DNA of 54,634 nucleotides, the filler included, from Sluysia triapertura (Eukaryota): the NCBI GenBank assembly GCA_046118255.1. It is 3 parts of 3 records of this genome, joined end to end, with 100 filler letters (N's around TTAATTAATTAA, not from the genome) between each part and the next. Parts side by side here need not be neighbours in the genome. Positions count along the whole stretch, not along the records: positions 34,425 to 54,634 come from JBJNIA010032156.1; 2 more parts are not named here. One strand, written 5' to 3'. Positions 51,450 to 54,634 of the stretch are shown piece by piece. The number at the start of each line of letters is the position of its first letter. Position 1 is the stretch's first letter. The notes under the pieces were generated by a model. The model was not told the origin of the DNA. It worked only from the letters and a program-made list of their open reading frames with translations, and did no database searches. Made by a program: the position numbers and the translations under genes.

Positions 51450-52437
51450 ACAGTAGCAGTCAATATATTATTATGTTCTTCGTTTAATTTATCTCTTTGT
51501 GCTGCTCTAAACAATTCACCATCTGCTTCTAATTTTTAACTGCTCGACCTTATCGTGTGCTAAGTGTAACATTATCTGAAGTTTCTCCAAATCCAGACTG
51601 CTCTAATTTTATTATCGTTCACAGTTTTATCAACTTCATTTACATCATAAATAGATTCTCCAGTTTCATCTACACCAGTCGTGTGTATCAGCAGCTTGAG
51701 TGAGTTCTAGAACTGCTAGTATTTGGGATGTTACTGAAAAACATCAAAGCATTGCAATGGACTAATTGAGCTTCTGCTTGTTCTAGATGTTGTTTTATTG
51801 GATTCTCCATCTGCTTTATTCTGTTTTTTTCATTGCCAACATTGCTTTTGCTCCATTACTGTCTTCTAAGGCAATACCAGTTTCCTTTTGTCATTGTTAT
51901 CTTTTCAAATGTAGTTATTCTTTCTTCTTGATCATCGCGTATTGCTTCCATTTCATGCAGTTGTTTTTGGACACATTCCAATTTATCCAGAGCTTTCTGG
52001 TAGTAATTTTAATGTTTGATAAACTGTCTTCTAATTCTTGTACTTTTGTTGTTTTATTAATAATTTCTTTTCATATTGTTACCAATTTAGAATTATGTTG
52101 ATTGATTAATTCTTGATGAGTTTCTCTTTGATGCTGAGTAAATAATGATGGTTCGGAGAAATAATTGAAGTATTATTATTTAACATATACGTAGTAGTAA
52201 TAGCAGCAGTAGTAGTAGTAAAGAGACTACAGAAACTTGGCAAAGAAAATCGGTTTACTTTTAGAAAAATTTCATTATTATGTTTTATTATTTTAAAAGT
52301 TACTTTGAAGTTTAATGTTTTTGTAAATTAAATTATTTGTATTTTATATATTTGATTTGAGATATGAGTTGAAGTAAAGTGTGATGTTTTGTTGATCTGA
52401 TTTTTAATAAAAGTTCAGTAAAAAGTTGAACCACCAC
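51450..52437 (-). mobile_element. Unclassified decayed element with GTGGTGG terminus and coiled-coil-like relic ORF
   Basis: Ends gaaccaccac on the + strand. The minus strand reads KALDKLECVQKQLHEMEAIRDDQEERITTFEK and NRIKQMENPIKQHLEQAEAQL, with stops and frameshifts. Confidence 0.45.
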
Positions 52438-54129
52438 GCTTATCTAAGTAAAAGGATGACGGTCAATTGTATAATTCATTTAATGTATCTGTGTCAACTG
52501 TAAGATTTTTGATTCCTTAATAAATTTGCTCTACAAGTCTGTACTCAGCTCTTCAGTGTCATTTTTGGATAAATTTTATATAATATTTTATATAAAGTAT
52601 AACTTCTTATCAATGATGGTTATTAATAAATAAAGTATATTTCCGCATTTGTGAGTTTTGCATTTTACTAGGTTCATTAAATTGAATATATTTTGTAGTT
52701 CTACGAATCTTTTACGTGTCCAAATTGTTGGTTTATTTTTATTAAAATTTCTTTTTAGGCTTTTAATAAAATAACATCCAAATAATCATAAAATGCATTA
52801 AAAAGTTTTAAAAAGAATTACTTGATGATCTATATGTCTAGCAATTACTAGTAAATATTTATTCGTATCAGTAATGTTTAATTTCAAATGTCAAAATAAA
52901 TGATATTTAACTTAAACAATGTGACCAGTTTAGTATCTATTTGATTATTTATTATAGCACCAATTCCACCGCCATTTGATCTTTCTCGACATTTATGAAA
53001 ACATCAATATCAAATGAAATAATGAATTTTATCATTTGTGATTCACGTTTCTCTTAAACAAAAACGTGATTGTTATTTTCATATATAATCTCAATAATTT
53101 CGACAATTTTAATCTTAGCAAATTTAATATTTGAATACAAAATTTAATCATTTTGAATTAATTCAAACTTTTTATATAATTTTTCTTATTTTTTAAAATT
53201 TCCACATACTTTGGACATTTATATGAATTAGCTGCATGACTTTTAAAGTAATTTATACTTTTGTGGAAATGTTCATTTTGTTTACTCAAACAACATTATG
53301 AACGTGCATTATAATTAATATTAATTAAAATATTATTCTGTTTAACCTTTAGTGTACAAATGTTAGATATGTTAATCAAACTTGGATTGATTTTATAATT
53401 ATGAAAACTTTGAACTTTGTATATATTGCATATACTTACTGAATTATTGATTATTTTTAATTATTATTTTTAACATTCAAATAACTGTTTTTATGATTTT
53501 TTAATTTGGAATTTTTATTAAAAGTATGATTTATTTTTTGTTCTTTATTATTCTATTTTGTAAATATTAAATTTTGAATATTAATTTTTATTTTTGTAAA
53601 TATGTTCAATTTTTAAACTTTAAATTTATATAATTTTGTTTTAATAAATTAAAATTCATTTTTAAGAAAGATCTGGTCAAGGCCAGTAAAATCTATATAA
53701 TTTCAATTTATATAAATTTCAATTTGACACAATAATTTTTTAACAATAATTCTTAACAATACTTATAACGATCCTTATACAATTACTCAACGTCATACTT
53801 CGATTTATCAGCAGTCAACGCAGCGATTTTCTTTGCCAGATTCATCTTTAATTGTTTCAAAAATAACCCGTTAGTTTCTTTATAATAAGTTTAGATACCC
53901 TAGTGATATCACTGTAAAATCAACTTAAACTATTTAATGCCTATTTGGATCTTATAATAGATCCGCTTAAACTCTTTTAATAAAATATTATTGAGATAGG
54001 AATTACTTAGAGTAATTCTTTCGTAAATTCTATTATTATTTTTATTTGTAACAGAATTCTTTAATTACTGTTTAATAAAACCTTCAATAAAATTTTTGTT
54101 CTTATTACTAAATTAGATAGCTTTAAATA

Positions 54130-54405
54130 TAAAATTAATACAACGAAAAAGATTTCCTTAGTTAGATTTTAACTCTAACTCCGTAAAATATCCATTTACG
54201 ATCCTCTTCATAGGATCTACGTAAAATGTCAATTAAATTATTTTTGATTATATACTTTTATACACCTCCAGACCTTCTAAAAGATTCAGAAAAGTAATAA
54301 TAATAATAAAATAAAGAAGTTTTCAACTAACGTTACATTTTGAGGTCCTAACTGGTAAGCCCAGTACGTTGGTGGACTCACGAAAAACTATTTCTTTATT
54401 CTATT
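54130..54405 (-). repeat. Dispersed repeat, inverted homolog of 33880-34200
   Basis: Shares the blocks listed for 33880-34200. Confidence 0.85.
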
Positions 54406-54634
54406 ACTTTACTTTAAATTAAATTACTCATAGATACATTTAACATTTAAATTAATTGTCAAAATAGACGAATGTTATATATATCTAACATTTATAAAAT
54501 TTAATTCAAAAGACAAATATTGTATGTAAAAACGTAATATGAACAATATGATTATTTATAAAAATGGTTTAAGTAGACAGGGTTGGATTTAAAAAATCGG
54601 TTTCCAGCACACTGTAGTTTTTATAAATTAGTAT

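Overview
Very AT-rich eukaryotic genomic DNA, most likely metazoan (inferred from BCS1 and FN3 exons with GT-AG boundaries). It is mostly intronic or intergenic and heavily loaded with decayed mobile DNA. Two ~100-nt artificial spacers (Ns-TTAATTAATTAA-Ns at 20803-20901 and 34325-34424) and a plain N-gap (26394-26538) show the window is stitched from separate contigs, so adjacency across them is not guaranteed. Intact-looking coding sequence is limited to one internal exon of mitochondrial AAA ATPase BCS1 (17903-18298) and two phase-compatible fibronectin type III exons (29422-29638, 30699-30868). Host-gene relics: a catalytically dead PP4/PP2A-type phosphatase fragment inside a 311-codon ORF, two RPL17 fragments, and possibly a very decayed PSME4/PA200 copy. 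Transposon relics: Ty3/gypsy PR-RT and integrase, Tc1 and scrambled Tc3-like pieces, two pogo/Tigger halves, hAT and TTAA-type MITE ends. There are also a tRNA-like element and micro/minisatellites. The least explained signal is a recurrent unclassified element family with a TGTGG(TGG) terminus, a coiled-coil-like region and a CCCH-like Cys/His motif. All homology calls were made by eye from remembered family motifs; no searches were run, and I cannot confirm a novel system from the sequence alone.
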